Shown here: piece by piece, positions 36,650-49,091 of the stretch | Position numbering within the stretch: position 1 is the stretch's first letter | Layout: each line of letters begins with the position of its first letter | Assembly: GCA_038087875.1 (NCBI GenBank) | Contig: CM075995.1 | Location: forward strand, 622,001 to 686,000 | Origin: Malacoraja senta | Lineage: Eukaryota | Direction of reading: 5' to 3' | DNA length: 64,000 nucleotides | The notes under the pieces: model-generated | What the model was told of the DNA's origin: nothing | Database searches by the model: none | Seen by the model: the letters and a program-made list of their open reading frames with translations, nothing else | Translations under genes and position numbers: made by a program

Positions 36650-37800
36650 TACCAGAGGGCACAGGTTTAAAGTGAGGGGGGGGGGGGGGGGAAGATTTAA
36701 TAGGAACCTGAGGGGTAACTTCTTTACACAAAGGGTGGTGGGTGTATGGAATGAGCTGATAGTGAGGCAAGGACAATTACAACGTTTAACAAATATTTGG
36801 ACAGGTACATGGATAGGACAGGTTTTGAGGGATTTGGGCCAAAGGAGGTTTACAAAGAATTATCCCAGGAATGAGTAGGTTGACGTATGATGAGCATTTG
36901 CCGGCACTCAGAAAAGATTTACGAGGATGTTGCCAGGACTAGAGGGTGTGAGCAAAAAGGAGAGATTGAGTAGGCTGGGTCTCTATTCCATGGAGCGCCG
37001 GAGGATGAGGGGTGATCTTACAGAGGTATACAAAATCATGAGAAGAATAGATCGGGTAGATGCACAGAGTCTCTTGCGCAGAGTAGGGGAATCGAGGGCC
37101 AGGGGACATAGGTTCAAGGTGAAAGGGTAAAAGATTTAATAGGAATCCGATGGGTAACCTTTTGACACAAAGGGTGGTGGGTGTATGGAACAAGCTGCCA
37201 GAGGAGGTAGTTGAGGCTGGGACTATCCCATCGTTTAAGAAACAGTTAGACAGGTACATGGATAGGACAGGTTTGGAGGGATATGGACCGAGCGAAGGCA
37301 AGTGGGACTAGTGTAGCTGGGACATGTTGGCCGGTGTGGACAAGTTGGGCCGAATGGCCTGTTTCCACATTGTATCACTTTGTAACTGGGTTTGTGCTCG
37401 CTGGTGTTTAGAATAATGAGGGGGGACCTCATTGAAACGTACAGAATAGCGAAAGGCTTCGTTAGGGTGGATGTGGAGAGGATGTTTCCACTAGTGGGAG
37501 AGTCTAGAACCAGAGGTCACAGCCTCAGAATCAAAGGACCTTCTTTTAGGAAGGAGATGAGGAGAAATTTCTTTAGTCAGAGGGTGGTGAGTCGGTGGAT
37601 TCTTTTGCCACAGAAGGCTGTGGGGGCCATGTCAGTGGATATTTTTAAAGCAGAGATAGATGGATAGATTCTTGATTAGTGCGGGTGTCAGAGATTATGG
37701 GGAGAAGACAGGAGAACGGGGTGAGGAGGGAGAGATAGATCGGCCATGACTGAATGGCGGAGTAGACTTGATGGGCCAAATGGCCTAATTCTAATCCTAT
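36650..37800 (+). mobile_element. Nested CR1 3' fragments from at least two subfamilies
   Basis: LGLYSMERRRMRGDLTEVYKIM and RGDLIETYRIAKG...FFSQRVV with two different 3' UTRs. Confidence 0.85.
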
Positions 37801-37879
37801 CCATTATGACCTTGAGGGCGTGGAAGGCAAGACCCCCCCCCCCCGTTGCATCGCAAAGGCACTGTACTGGTGTGCTCAC

Positions 37880-38036
37880 CCCTGGTAATGCCTTCCCCTT
37901 GGTTCAGCTGGGCGAAGAGCTGGGAACGACTCTCGTCCTTCGCTGTTTCTGACAGCAGAATCGGAGGCGGACCAGGAGGGGGCGGTGGTGGAGCCAGTGG
38001 ACACGCCCCAGGGAACATCCCAGGTGTTATGAGGCC
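37880..38036 (-). CDS. CAP2: CAP2 internal exon: polyproline P1 region and start of WH2 domain (GLITPGMFPGACPLAPPPPPPGPPPILLSETAKDESRSQLFAQLNQGEGITR-G)
   Basis: Acceptor ctgtttcag|GGC (phase 0), donor G|GTGAGC (phase 1), 157 bp. SRSQLFAQLNQGEGIT matches the CAP signature SRSALFAQ(L/I)NQGE. Confidence 0.92.
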
Positions 38037-39989
38037 CTGAAACAGAAAGGTACAGATAATAGTTCAGTTGTAATCTGCACTTTTTTTTTAGACTTTAGGG
38101 AAACAGGCCCTTCGGCCCACCAGGTCCTCGCTGTCCAGTGATAACCCTGTAAACTGGCACAATCCTACACACTAGCAAGGGTATACACGCTATACCGAAG
38201 CCAATTAACCTACAAACATATACGTCTTCAGAGTGCGGGAGGAAAGAGAGTTGTGAGTCTGTGGAATTCTCTGCCTCAGAGGGCGGTGGAGGCCAGTTCT
38301 CTGGATACTTTCAAGAGAGAGCTAGTTAGGGCTCTTAAAGATATCAGAGTCAGGGGATATGGGGAGAAGGCAGGAACGGGGTACTGACTGGAGGTGATCA
38401 GCCATGATCACATTGAATGGCGGTGCTGGCTCGAAGGGCCGAATGGCCTACTCCTGCACCTATTGTCTATTGAAACCGGAGCACCCGGAGCAAACCCACA
38501 TGGTCACTGGGAGAACGTACAAACTCCACACAGACAGCACCCGCGGTCAGGATCCAACCCGGGTCTCTGGCGCCGTGAGGCAGCAACTCTACCGCTGCGC
38601 CACCCTCATCATTGATCATAATGTCATCCGAGGATCAAACCTGTTCTACATATCTTGTTTATTCTCCATTAGCTGGATGGTGTTTATAAAGGTCTCGCCA
38701 GTAATTGCCTGTATCTGACTGCCCTTTGGTAAGTGGCCTTCCCAACGACCTGACTGATTTGCTGACTCGGTCAAACACCCGACCGCATAGTTGTCAGGAG
38801 TTAAAAGAGACTTTTAAACTTAGGTTCCCTTCATATATCTAGTCAAGGAGGACACAAGGAGCTGCTGACAGACAGAGGGAGGAGAATGGGGTGAAGAGGG
38901 AAAGGTAGATCAGCCGTGATTGAATGGCGGAGTGGACATAATGGACCAAATGGCCTAATTCTGCTCCTAGAACGTATGAATTTACGGGCCCCGTCCACGC
39001 TTTTCCCTCCACAGATGCTGCCTGACCTGCTGAGCACTTATGTGTCACCCTAGTTAGGCCAGCAAGAGTCTTACAGCATGGAAACAGGCCCTTCGACCCA
39101 ACTTGCCCATACTGGCCAACAGGTCCTATCTACACAAGTTCCACCTACCTACGTTTGGCCCATACCCCTCTAATCCTCTATCCATGTACCTATCTAAATG
39201 TTTCTTAAACATTATGATAGTACCTGCCTCAACTACCACTTCCGGCAGCTCGTTCCATACACCCGCCACCCTTTGTGTGAAAAAGGTACCTCATCAGATT
39301 CCTATTAAATCTTTCCCTCCTTCAATTTTAACCTGACCTCTGGTTCTCGATTCCTCTACTCTGAGCGAGAAACTCTGTTTCTTGCCCAGAGTAGAGGAAT
39401 CGAGAACTCTGATTCTACCCGATCTATTCCTCTCATGATTTTAGGAATAGATCGGGTAGAATCACCCGATCTACTCCTCGATCTATTCCTCTCATGATTT
39501 TGTGCACCCCTATAAGATCACTCCTCGTCCTCCTGCACATATAGCTCAGGCCCTCAAGTCCTGGCAACATTCTCGTAAATCTTCTCTGCACCCTTTCCAG
39601 TCTGACATCTTTCCTATAACACGGTGCGCAAAACTGAACACAATACTGTACAATGCAGCCTACCAATGTCTTATACAACAGCAAAGTGTCCTACCAAATT
39701 CTGTACTCAATGCTTTGACTGATGAAGGCCAATGTGGCAAAAGCCCTTCTGACCAGTCAATCTACCTGTGATGCCAAGTGGTAGTTTAACCAATGAGACC
39801 CGAAACGTCGCCTATTCCTTCTCTCCATAGATGCTGCCTCACCCGCTGAGTTTCTCCAGCATTTTTTGTCTACCTTCGATTTTTCCAGCATCTGCAGTTC
39901 TTTCTTAAACACTTGCCTTGACGAAGTGACCGGCATTTGTTTCCATACTAAATAGAAATTAGACTTTTGGTTCACACCAAAACTATAAA

Positions 39990-40305
39990 GGGCGGCAGGG
40001 TGGTGCAGCGGTAGAGTTGCTACCTTACAGCACCAGAGACCCCGGTTCGATCCCGACTACAGGTGCTGTCCATACAGAATTTGTACGTTCTCCCCGTGAC
40101 CTGCGTGGGTTTTCTCCGATATCTTCGGTTTCTTCCCACACTCCAAAGACGTACAGGTTTGTAGGTTAATTGGCTGGATATAAAAATGTAAAATTGTCCC
40201 TAGTGTGTGTAGGGTAGTGTTAATGCGCGGGGATCGCTGGTCGGCGCGGACTCGGTGGGCCGAAAGGCCTGTTTCCGCGCTGTATCTCGAAACTAAAACT
40301 AAAAC
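39990..40305 (+). mobile_element. Full-length HE1-like V-SINE
   Basis: gggcggca..gtggtgcagcggtagag (A box), ggttcgatccc (B box), V-domain, tail gggccgaaaggcctgtttccgcgctgtatctc(aaact)n. Confidence 0.9.
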
Positions 40306-40508
40306 GGTTTGTGTATAAACTGTATAAGCAGCTGCATGGACTTATTATAAGCCACAAGTTGTGAAACATGAACATTTGGATCTCAAGTAGACGCCAGATA
40401 TCTATCCAAACTTCGAAGAAGGAACTGCACTTGCTGTTCATTCCACGGACAGCAGGAGGCAGAGTTTCTGGGCAGGGACTTGCTCCAGACTTGGGTCTCG
40501 ACCCAATG

Positions 40509-40527
40509 TGACGCCCTCTGCTGGTGG
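40509..40527 (-). promoter_or_regulatory. Candidate CTCF binding site
   Basis: Minus strand ccaCCAGCAGAGGGCGTCA fits CCASYAGRKGGC fully, in non-repeat intronic sequence. Confidence 0.5.
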
Positions 40528-43500
40528 CCAGCAGAAACGACTCTCCAACCAACCAGCTACACAACTCCTTACCCAGTCCTAACTAGGAAATGTAAAACAG
40601 GAAGTTCAAGATAGATATAAATCACAATCACACAGCAAAAAAAGGCAAAGGAAAACAGTAAAAGCAGAAAGAAAAGGAAAAGCTGACTCGAAAGCTTACT
40701 TCAGGATTACTTGTGAAAACAAATTTTCATTGCATAAGGAATTGTTTGATCCCAATTGGCATAGAAGGGTGGCACGACGTTAGAGTTGCTGCCTCACAGC
40801 GCCAGAGACCCGAGTTCAATCCTGACTACGGGTGCTATCTGTACGGAATTTGTACATTCTCCCCGTGATCTCATTGAAACATATAAGATTGTTAAGGGTT
40901 TGGACACGCTAGAGGCAGGAAACGTGTTCCCGATGTTGGGGGAGTCCAGAACCAGGGGCCACAGTTTAAGAATAAGGAGTAAGCCATTTAGAACGGAGAC
41001 GAGGAAACACTTTTTCTCTCAGAGAGTGGTGAGTCTGTGGAATTCCCTACCTCAGAGGGCGGTGGAGGCCGGTTCTCTGGATGCTTTCAAGAGAGAGCTA
41101 GATAGGGCTCTTAAAAATAGCCAAGTCGGGGGATATGGGGAGAAGGCAGGAACGGGGTACTGATTGGGGATGATCAGCCATGATCACATTGAATGGCGGT
41201 GCTGGCTCGAAGGGCCGAATGGCCTACTCCTGCACCTATTGTCTTTTGTCTATTGTGACCGCGTGGGTTTTCTCCGGGTACTTTGGTTTCCTCCCACCCT
41301 CCAAAGATGTACAGGTTTGTAGGTTAATTGGGTATGGTAAATTTGTAAATTGTCACTAGTGTGTGTAGGATAGTGTTAGTGGAAGAGGTGATCGCTGGTC
41401 GGCGCGGACTCGGTGGGCCTAAGGGCCTGTCTCCGCGCTGTGTCTCAAAAGGGGAGGCCATTTAAGACTGAGGTGAGAAAAAACCTTTTTCACCCAGAGA
41501 GTTGAGAATTTGTGGAATTCCCTGCCACAGAGCGCAGTGGAGGCCAAATCACTGGATGGATTTAAGAGAGAGTTAGATAGAGCTCTAGGGGCTAGTGGAA
41601 TGCAGGGATATGGGGAGAAGGCAGGCACGGGTTATTGATTGGGGACGATCAGCCATGATCACAATAAATGGCGGTGCTGGCTCGAAGGGCCGAATGGCCT
41701 CCTCCTGCACCTATTTTCTATGTTTCTAAAAGCCTAAAGTCTAAACAAATTTTCAAGGATCAAGCCTGATAACAGCTGGGAAGAAACTGTCCCTGAATCT
41801 GGAGGTATGCGTTTTCTGTACCTCTTGTGCCTGATGGGAGAGGGGAGAAGAGGAAGTGATCGGGGTAGGTCTGGTCCTTAACTATGCTGCTGGCCTTGCC
41901 AAGGCAGCGTGAGGTGTAGATGGAGTCAATGGAAGGGAGGTTGGTTTGCTGGGCCACATTTCAATTGAAAGTAATTTATTATTGTACATAAATGAGCCAA
42001 AACCATTACCAAGGGTTAACGAGGTGGTGGAGTGGAAGGCCCCCCAGAATTTCTGGACGCCTAAAGCTTTAGGAATATAGTCTGCTACTTTAGTTTAGTA
42101 TAGTTTAGAGATATAGCGCAGAAACAGGCCCTTCGCCCCACCGAGTCCGCATCGACCAGCGGTCACTTTCGTACACGCTGGAGGAATTTTACAGAAGTTA
42201 ATTAACCTACAAACCCCCACACATCTTTGGGACGTGGCAGGAAACCGGAGCACCCGGAGGAAACCCATGCAGGTCACGGGGAGAACGTACAAACTCCGTA
42301 CAGCCTGCACCCGTAGTCAAGATCGAACCTGGGTGTCTGGCGCTGTGAGGCAGCAACTCTACCGCTGCGCCACCGTGCCGCCCTAATTTCTGGTCAACCA
42401 AGTGTTTAGGAATCCAGTCTGCTACTCTTAAGACTAATCCAAAGGGCTAAAATGTCCATCTTCCTCTCACGTTTAAAACTGACGCGTGTAATACACCAGG
42501 GAAAGCAAACCATGGGTCAGGCAGCAACAAGGTGGATGATGCCAGGACTCGATAGTCCAAGGTATAGGGAGAGGTTGAGTAGGCTGGGTCTCTATTCCTT
42601 CTAGTGCAGGAAGATGAGGGGTGATCTTACAGAAGTGTATAAAATCATGAGAGGAATAGATTGGGTAGATGCACAGAATCTCTTGCCCAGATTAGGTGAA
42701 TCTAGGACCGGTTTAAGGCGAAGGAGAAGTATTTAATGGGAATCTGAGGTGTAACTTTTTCACAAAAATGGTGGTGGGTGTATGGGAACAAGCTGCTGAA
42801 GGAGGTAGTTGAGGCAGGGACTATCCCAACATTTAAGAAGCAGATAGACAGGCACATGAATATTGTAGGAAGGAACTGCAGATGTTGGTTTCAACCGAAG
42901 ATAGACACAAAATGCTGGAGTAACTCAGCGGGACAGGCTGCATCTCTGGAGAGAGAGGGAATGGGTGACGTTTCAGTTCGAGACCCTTCTTCAAACTGAA
43001 GGGTCTCGACCCGAAACGTCACCCATTCCTTCTCTCCGTAGGTACATGGATAGGACAGGTTTGGTGGGATATGGGCCAAATGCTGGCAGGTGGGACTAGT
43101 GTAGACGGGACATGTTGGCCGGTGTGGGCAAGTTGGGCCGAAGGGCCTGTTTCCGCACTGTGTCATTCTGTGACTCTAAGTCGGGCCTATTTCCGCACTG
43201 TGTCATTCTGTGACCCTAAGTTGGGCCTGTTTCCGCATTGTGCGACTCTATGGCTCTGAGTGCCCAGTCTGGGTTTTTTTGTTTATTCCGTGAGTTAGCA
43301 CTTTGGAAGCTGCCATCATGTTGTCCCTCAGCATCTTCCAAAAGGCCCTGATGCGTGGAAATCAGAGCCTGGTGCCCGGGGGCCGGGAAACAATTGAAGG
43401 CCCTGACGGGAAGAATAGCTGAGGCTTATCAGGCGACTGCGTATCGTCATCTGCTGAGGCCGTGGCTTTACAGGATTACCTCAGCTGTTTGTGACTGCAA

Positions 43501-43756
43501 CAGCTGTGCATCAGATTGATCCCTGCACTCACAGTAGCCCACCAGTTAATTTGTTTACTTGTGCGATGAATTTTAGGAGGTCCCCCGCACACCCCACCCC
43601 CTCGCCCACCCCAAAGTGAGCGACTGTAATACTGGATATGTACAGTTTAGTTTATTGTCACGTGTATCGAGGTACAGTGAAAAGCTTTAGTTGCGTGCTA
43701 ACCAGCCAGCGGAAAGACAATACATGATTACAATCGGGCCATTTACAATCTATAGA

Positions 43757-44078
43757 TTTAGCTTAGTTTAGAGATACAGAGTGGAAACAGACCCTTCAGC
43801 CCACCGAGTCTGCACTGACCAGCGATCCCCGCACATTAACACTATCCTACACACACTAGGGACAATTTACACATACACCAAAGCCAATTAACCTACAAAC
43901 CCGTACGTCTTTGGAGTGTGGGAGGAAACCGAAGAACTCAGAGAAAAGCCACACAGGTCACGGGGAGAACGTACAAACTCCGTACAGACAGCACCCGTAG
44001 TCGGGATTAAACCCGGGTCTCCGGTGCTGCTCGCACTGAAAGGCAGCGGCTTTACCGCTGCGCCACCGTGACCGCCCA
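43757..44078 (-). mobile_element. Full-length HE1-like V-SINE
   Basis: Same architecture on the minus strand. Confidence 0.87.
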
Positions 44079-44436
44079 TCTGCAGGACTCTGCTGGCTTT
44101 ACCTTGCACTAAATGTTATTCCCTCATCATGTATCTGTACACTGTAAATGGATCGATTGTAATCATGCACTGTCTTTCTGCTGACTGGTGAGCACGCAAC
44201 AAAAGCTTTCCACTGTACCTCGGTATACGTGACAATAAACTGAACTGAAGTCCCCCCCTCACACCTCCAATGTTCCAGAGAAGACAATCCAAGCAATAAA
44301 CTAAACTGAACGTGCAGGAGTAGAGACTTGAGTGTGGAGCAATTGTAATGTGTGTGTTTGTAGATCTGTCTCTGTGGCTAGCACGTTAATAGTCGCCTGA
44401 GTTGGGAGCCATTCGGACACAAAGGCCGATCGCTAA

Positions 44437-44767
44437 TGGCCCTGTCCCACGGTACGAGTTCATTCCAAGAGCTCTCCCGAGTTTGCCCCGATTCGAACTC
44501 GGAGATTTACGGTAATGGCCGCTTGTCGGTACTCGGGGCTCTCGTGGACATTTTTCAACGTGTTGAAAAATCTTCACGAGTCTTCCCGAGCTTACCTGCC
44601 ATTAGCGAGTCTTCCCGAGTACCCGCCGTTAGCGTTATGAGCCGCCAAAAGACGTCCCCGAGCTCCGACGTACCCGCTACGTTCATTCTCCGTGCTTACC
44701 ACGAGTTTGATTTTTTTTTAAACTCGGGAGAGCTCTTGGAATGAACTCGTACTGTGGGACAGGGCCA
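44437..44767. mobile_element. Harbinger-type MITE
   Basis: ~46 bp TIR TGGCCCTGTCCCAC(G/A)GTACGAGTTCATTCCAAGAGCTCTCCCGAGTTT; TSD TAA/TAA. Confidence 0.88.
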
Positions 44768-45254
44768 TAATTCAGGGAACTGATTTGGAATGGTGCTGTG
44801 AGGCAGCAGCTCCAACAGCTGCGCCCCACTTCATTCAGTCTTGTTTAGTCTTCAGCAGCTTATTGGTTTTAAAGTGGTTAGCTGGAGCTTTTGAGAGGCA
44901 CGGTGGCACAGCAGTGGAGTGGCTGCCCCACAGCCCCAGGGACCCGGGTTCGATCCCGACTACGGGTGCTGCCTGTACGGAGTTTGTATGTGCTCCCAGT
45001 GACCTGCGTGGGTTAGCAACTCAACCGCCATGCCGCCCATTTATGAGGGGCTGGTGGGGGTGGGGATGTGCCTGCTGCCACATGCGACGACAGGCAGTAT
45101 ATAGGAATGTCCGGTGAACATTTGTCTTTCGTTCTTTCTTTTAAAATCTTTTTATTAGCTTTTCTTTCCAAAAACAAAAACAAAACAATTTAAAAAAAAA
45201 GAATGATGATAAACAAAACAATGGTATTGATACATGGTATTGATACATCTATAT

Positions 45255-46345
45255 TCAACCTCTTGGCAATATTCTCCGTCATTTTGGAATCAATTTTCAC
45301 TGCTACGCCGATGATACACAACTTTACCTCTCCACAAAACCAAACACCTCCCTTCCCCCAACTGCCCTCACCACTGTCTTCAAGCTATCAGCAACTGGAT
45401 GTCACTCAACCTTCTAAAACTCAATGGAAATAAAACAGAAATCATGCTAATTGGCTCAAAGTCCACACTCTCCAAAACCCACCCGTTCACCAATTTCAGT
45501 TGATGGCTCACCCATACCAACCTCCTCCCATGTCAACAGTCTCGGCGTCATTCTGGACAGTACATTTTCCTTTGGCCCCCACATCAGCAATATCACACGC
45601 TCTGCATACTTTCATCTCCGCAACATCTCAGACTCCGCCCCTCCCTCTCCAAAGACAATACAAAAGTCCTCATCCACGCTCTGGTCACATCCGCATCGAT
45701 TACTGCAACGCCCTCCTCACTTACACCTCCAATAAACTCCTTCATCGCCTCAATGCATTCAGAACTCTGCAGCCCGGATCATCACCCGCACCAGATCATC
45801 CATCGGACCACATCACACCCACATCCTCACTCAGCTCCACTGGCTCCCTGTGCACCACCGGATTAACTACAAGATTTTACTGCTGACCTTCAAAGCCCTA
45901 CACCACCTTGCTCCCCAATACCTCTCTGACCTGCTGCTACCATACACTCCTTCCCGGTCACTTCGTTCCAACCTCAGCTGCAATTTTAACTGTCCCCACA
46001 TTTAGACTCAGCACCATGGGTGCCAGAGCCTTCAGCTGCTCTGCCCCACGTCTCTGGAACACTCTCCCACCTCCCATCCGTCACCTGGACACTATCGATC
46101 AATTCAAATCACAACTCAAAACACACCTGTTTAGATTAGCATACCCGACATAACTTCCACCATATTCACCCTGATTTTAATGACTTAAAATGTTTTTGTG
46201 TATTTTCTGTTTTTTGTTTTTTGTTTTTGTTTTTAATCAACTAGATTTAATATTGATAAATGTATTGTGATTTTATGTCCTGTAAGGTGTCCTTGGGTGT
46301 CCAGAAAGGCGCCCAGCAAATAAAATGCATTATTATTATTATTAT
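45255..46345 (+). mobile_element. L2 LINE 3' fragment, frameshifted RT C-terminus
   Basis: [37 protein letters not shown] and RAFSCSAPRLWNTLP...FKSQLKTHLF; tail tgtccttggg..gaaaggcgc..aaataaaatgcattattatt. Confidence 0.88.
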
Positions 46346-46645
46346 AGGGATCAGGATTACATTAATAACAGGTATAACCTAAATATGAGAAGTGTTAAAA
46401 TACACATTGAATATAGACCTCTATGTAAATATAGTTAAATGTTTAAAAGAACACTTGTATATAACAAAACAAAAAAAAAGATAAAAAGAAAAAAAAGGAA
46501 AAAACAAAACCCCCTAAACTAGAAAATAAAAAGCAAAACAGAATCTGGGCTGCAAAGAATTTCGACAATTTTAAGTCCCTGTTTGTCGTCAAGTCGTTCC
46601 ACCGTATAAAGGTAAAATAATTTTTACAACGGTTGGAGAGGAACA
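46346..46645 (-). mobile_element. L1/Tx1-like 3' fragment, continuing at ~45125-45250 on the other side of the L2
   Basis: T-rich 3' UTR after a short ORF end (FTFIRW...FFAA); AATAAA plus (aaag)n terminus on the minus strand near 45130-45157. Confidence 0.4.
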
Positions 46646-47344
46646 TTTGTAACTCTGGCGGGGCCAAGATGTGGCGACACTTGTGTACTGCCTGGGTCAT
46701 GAGTGCTGTATGATTTTACCGGGTTGTGTGTAAAATAAAGCATTTCACTGCTGCCTCGGTACATGTGACAATAATGTATCATTGAAGTATCATAATTTTG
46801 CAAAATATGTAGGGATGCAGGAATATCGATCATGTGTGAGCGACAACTGATGAATTTCTTCGCAGCTCGTCAGCTGTTCCAACACGTGCAAAGATGTTAT
46901 TTCCATCTGACATTCATATCTTATTTTCTTTCCTCCCCCCCCCCCCCCCCAATCCATCCCTCCCTTATGGTCTGTAGGAAGACTGCAGATGCTGGTTTAA
47001 AACAAAAATTAGACACAAAATGCTGGAGTGACTCAGCGGGACAGGCAGTATCTCTGGAGAGAAGGAATGGGTGACGTTCGGGTCTGAAGAAGGGTCTCGA
47101 CCCGAAAAACGTCACCCATTCCTTCTCTCCAGAGATGCTGCCTGTCCCGCTGAGTTACTCCAGCATTTTGTGTCTATCTTCCCGTGGTGCCGTTGGGAAG
47201 GCACGTGCAGCGAGGAAACCCTTCAGTTTTCCTTCTCCTCATCCCATCACTGTTGGTGTTAAAGACGAGAACATGAGAAGAATAGACCTGGTGGACAGGA
47301 TGCATCACAGCTTGGTTTGGGAACAGCTCCATCCAAGACCGCAA

Positions 47345-47820
47345 GAAATTGCAGTGAATTGTGGAAGCAGCCCCGACCATCACACAAACCAACCTCCCTT
47401 CCATTGACTCCATTTATACCTCACGCTGCCTCGGCAAGGCCAGCAGCATAATTAAGGACGAGTCGCACCCCGGCCACTCCCTCTTCTCCCCTCTCCCCCA
47501 TCAGGCAAAAGGTATAGAAGTGTGAAAATGCACACCTCCAGATTCAGGGACAGTTTTGTCCCAGCTGTTATCAGGCAACTGAACCATCCTACCACAACCA
47601 GAGAGCAGTCCAGAACTACTATCTACCTCATTGGCGACCCTCTGACTATCTTTGATAGTATTATATTGGCACTAAATGTTATTCCCATATCATGTATCTG
47701 TACACTGTAAATGGCTCGATTGTAATCATGCACTGTCTTTCCGCTGACTGGTTAGCACGCAACAAAAGCTTTTCACTGTACCTCGGTACACGTGACAATA
47801 AACTAAACTCAACTGAACTG
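47345..47820 (+). mobile_element. Rex1/Babar-like LINE 3' fragment
   Basis: SIYTSRCLGKASSIIKD, TSRFRDSFVPAVIRQLN and the Rex-type tail. Confidence 0.8.
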
Positions 47821-49091
47821 ATATTCAAAGAGTTTCTTGCCCAGAGTAGGGAAATCGAGAACCAGAGGATATAGGTTTATGGTGAAGGGGGAAAAAATTA
47901 ATAGGAACAGGAGGGGTAACTTTTTCACATAAAGAGCGGTGGATGTATGGAACGAGTTGCCGGAGGAGGTAGTTGAGGTAAGTTTTATAACAACAATTAA
48001 AAGACATTTAGACTAGTACTAGTACATAGACTAAACGTAGGAAGTTGGGACTAGTTGAGCAGATGAGTTGAACAGGTACTTTGGATCTGTCTTCACTAAG
48101 AAAGTATTTAGCTCTTAGGGCTAAGAGTTATATATAACTCTCTCTTGAAAACATCCAGTGAATTGGCCTCCACTGCCTTCTGTGGCAGAGAATTCCACAG
48201 ATTCACAACTCTCTGGGTGAAAAACTTTTTCTTCATCTCAGTCCTAAATGGCCAACCCCTTATTGTCAAACTGTGTGACCCCTGGTTCTGGACTCCCCTA
48301 ACATCGGGAACATTGTTCCTGCATCTACCCTGTCCAATCCTCCAAGAATTTTACATGTTCCTATAAGATCCCCACTCATCCGTCTAAATTCCACGAATAC
48401 AAGCCCATTCGACCCATTCTTTTATCGAGTCCCACCTGCCTGCATTTGGCCCGTATCCCTCTAAACCCGTACTATCCAGGTATCTGTCCAAATGTTTTTT
48501 TTTTAATGTTGTGATAGTACCCACCTCAAACTACCTCCTCTGGCAACTCGTTCCCTACACCCACCACCCTTGTGTAGGAAGGAACTGCAGATGCTGGCTT
48601 ACACCGAAGATAGACACAATATGCTGGAGTAATTCAGCGGGGCAGGCAGCATCTCTGGATGGAAGGAATGGGTGACGTTTCGGGTCGAGACCTTTACCAC
48701 CCTTTGTGTAAAAAGAGTTACCCTACAGGTTCCTATTAAATATCCCCCCCCCCCCCCACCCCTCACCTTAAACCTATGTCCTCTGGTTCTTGATTTTGTG
48801 AATTTTGCATAAGTTCCATTTATAGCTGCACTTATTTGTAAACATCACAGGAACATCAAAGCACGTACAGTCATAGTTTAAGACCACAGTTAAAGAATAA
48901 GGAGTAAGCCATTTAGAACGGAGACGAGGAAACACTTTTTCTCACAGAGAGTGGTGAGTCTGTGGAATTCTCTGCCTCAGAGGGCGATGGAGGCAGGTTC
49001 TCTGGATGCTTTCAAGAGAGAGCTAGATAGGCCTCTTAAAAATAGGATGTGGAGAAGGCAGGAACGGGGTACTGATTGGGGATGATAAGCC

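Noticed and set aside
39990..40065. tRNA-like sequences with A/B boxes (many copies)
   Set aside because: They are heads of V-SINEs continuing into the V-domain, not tRNA genes.
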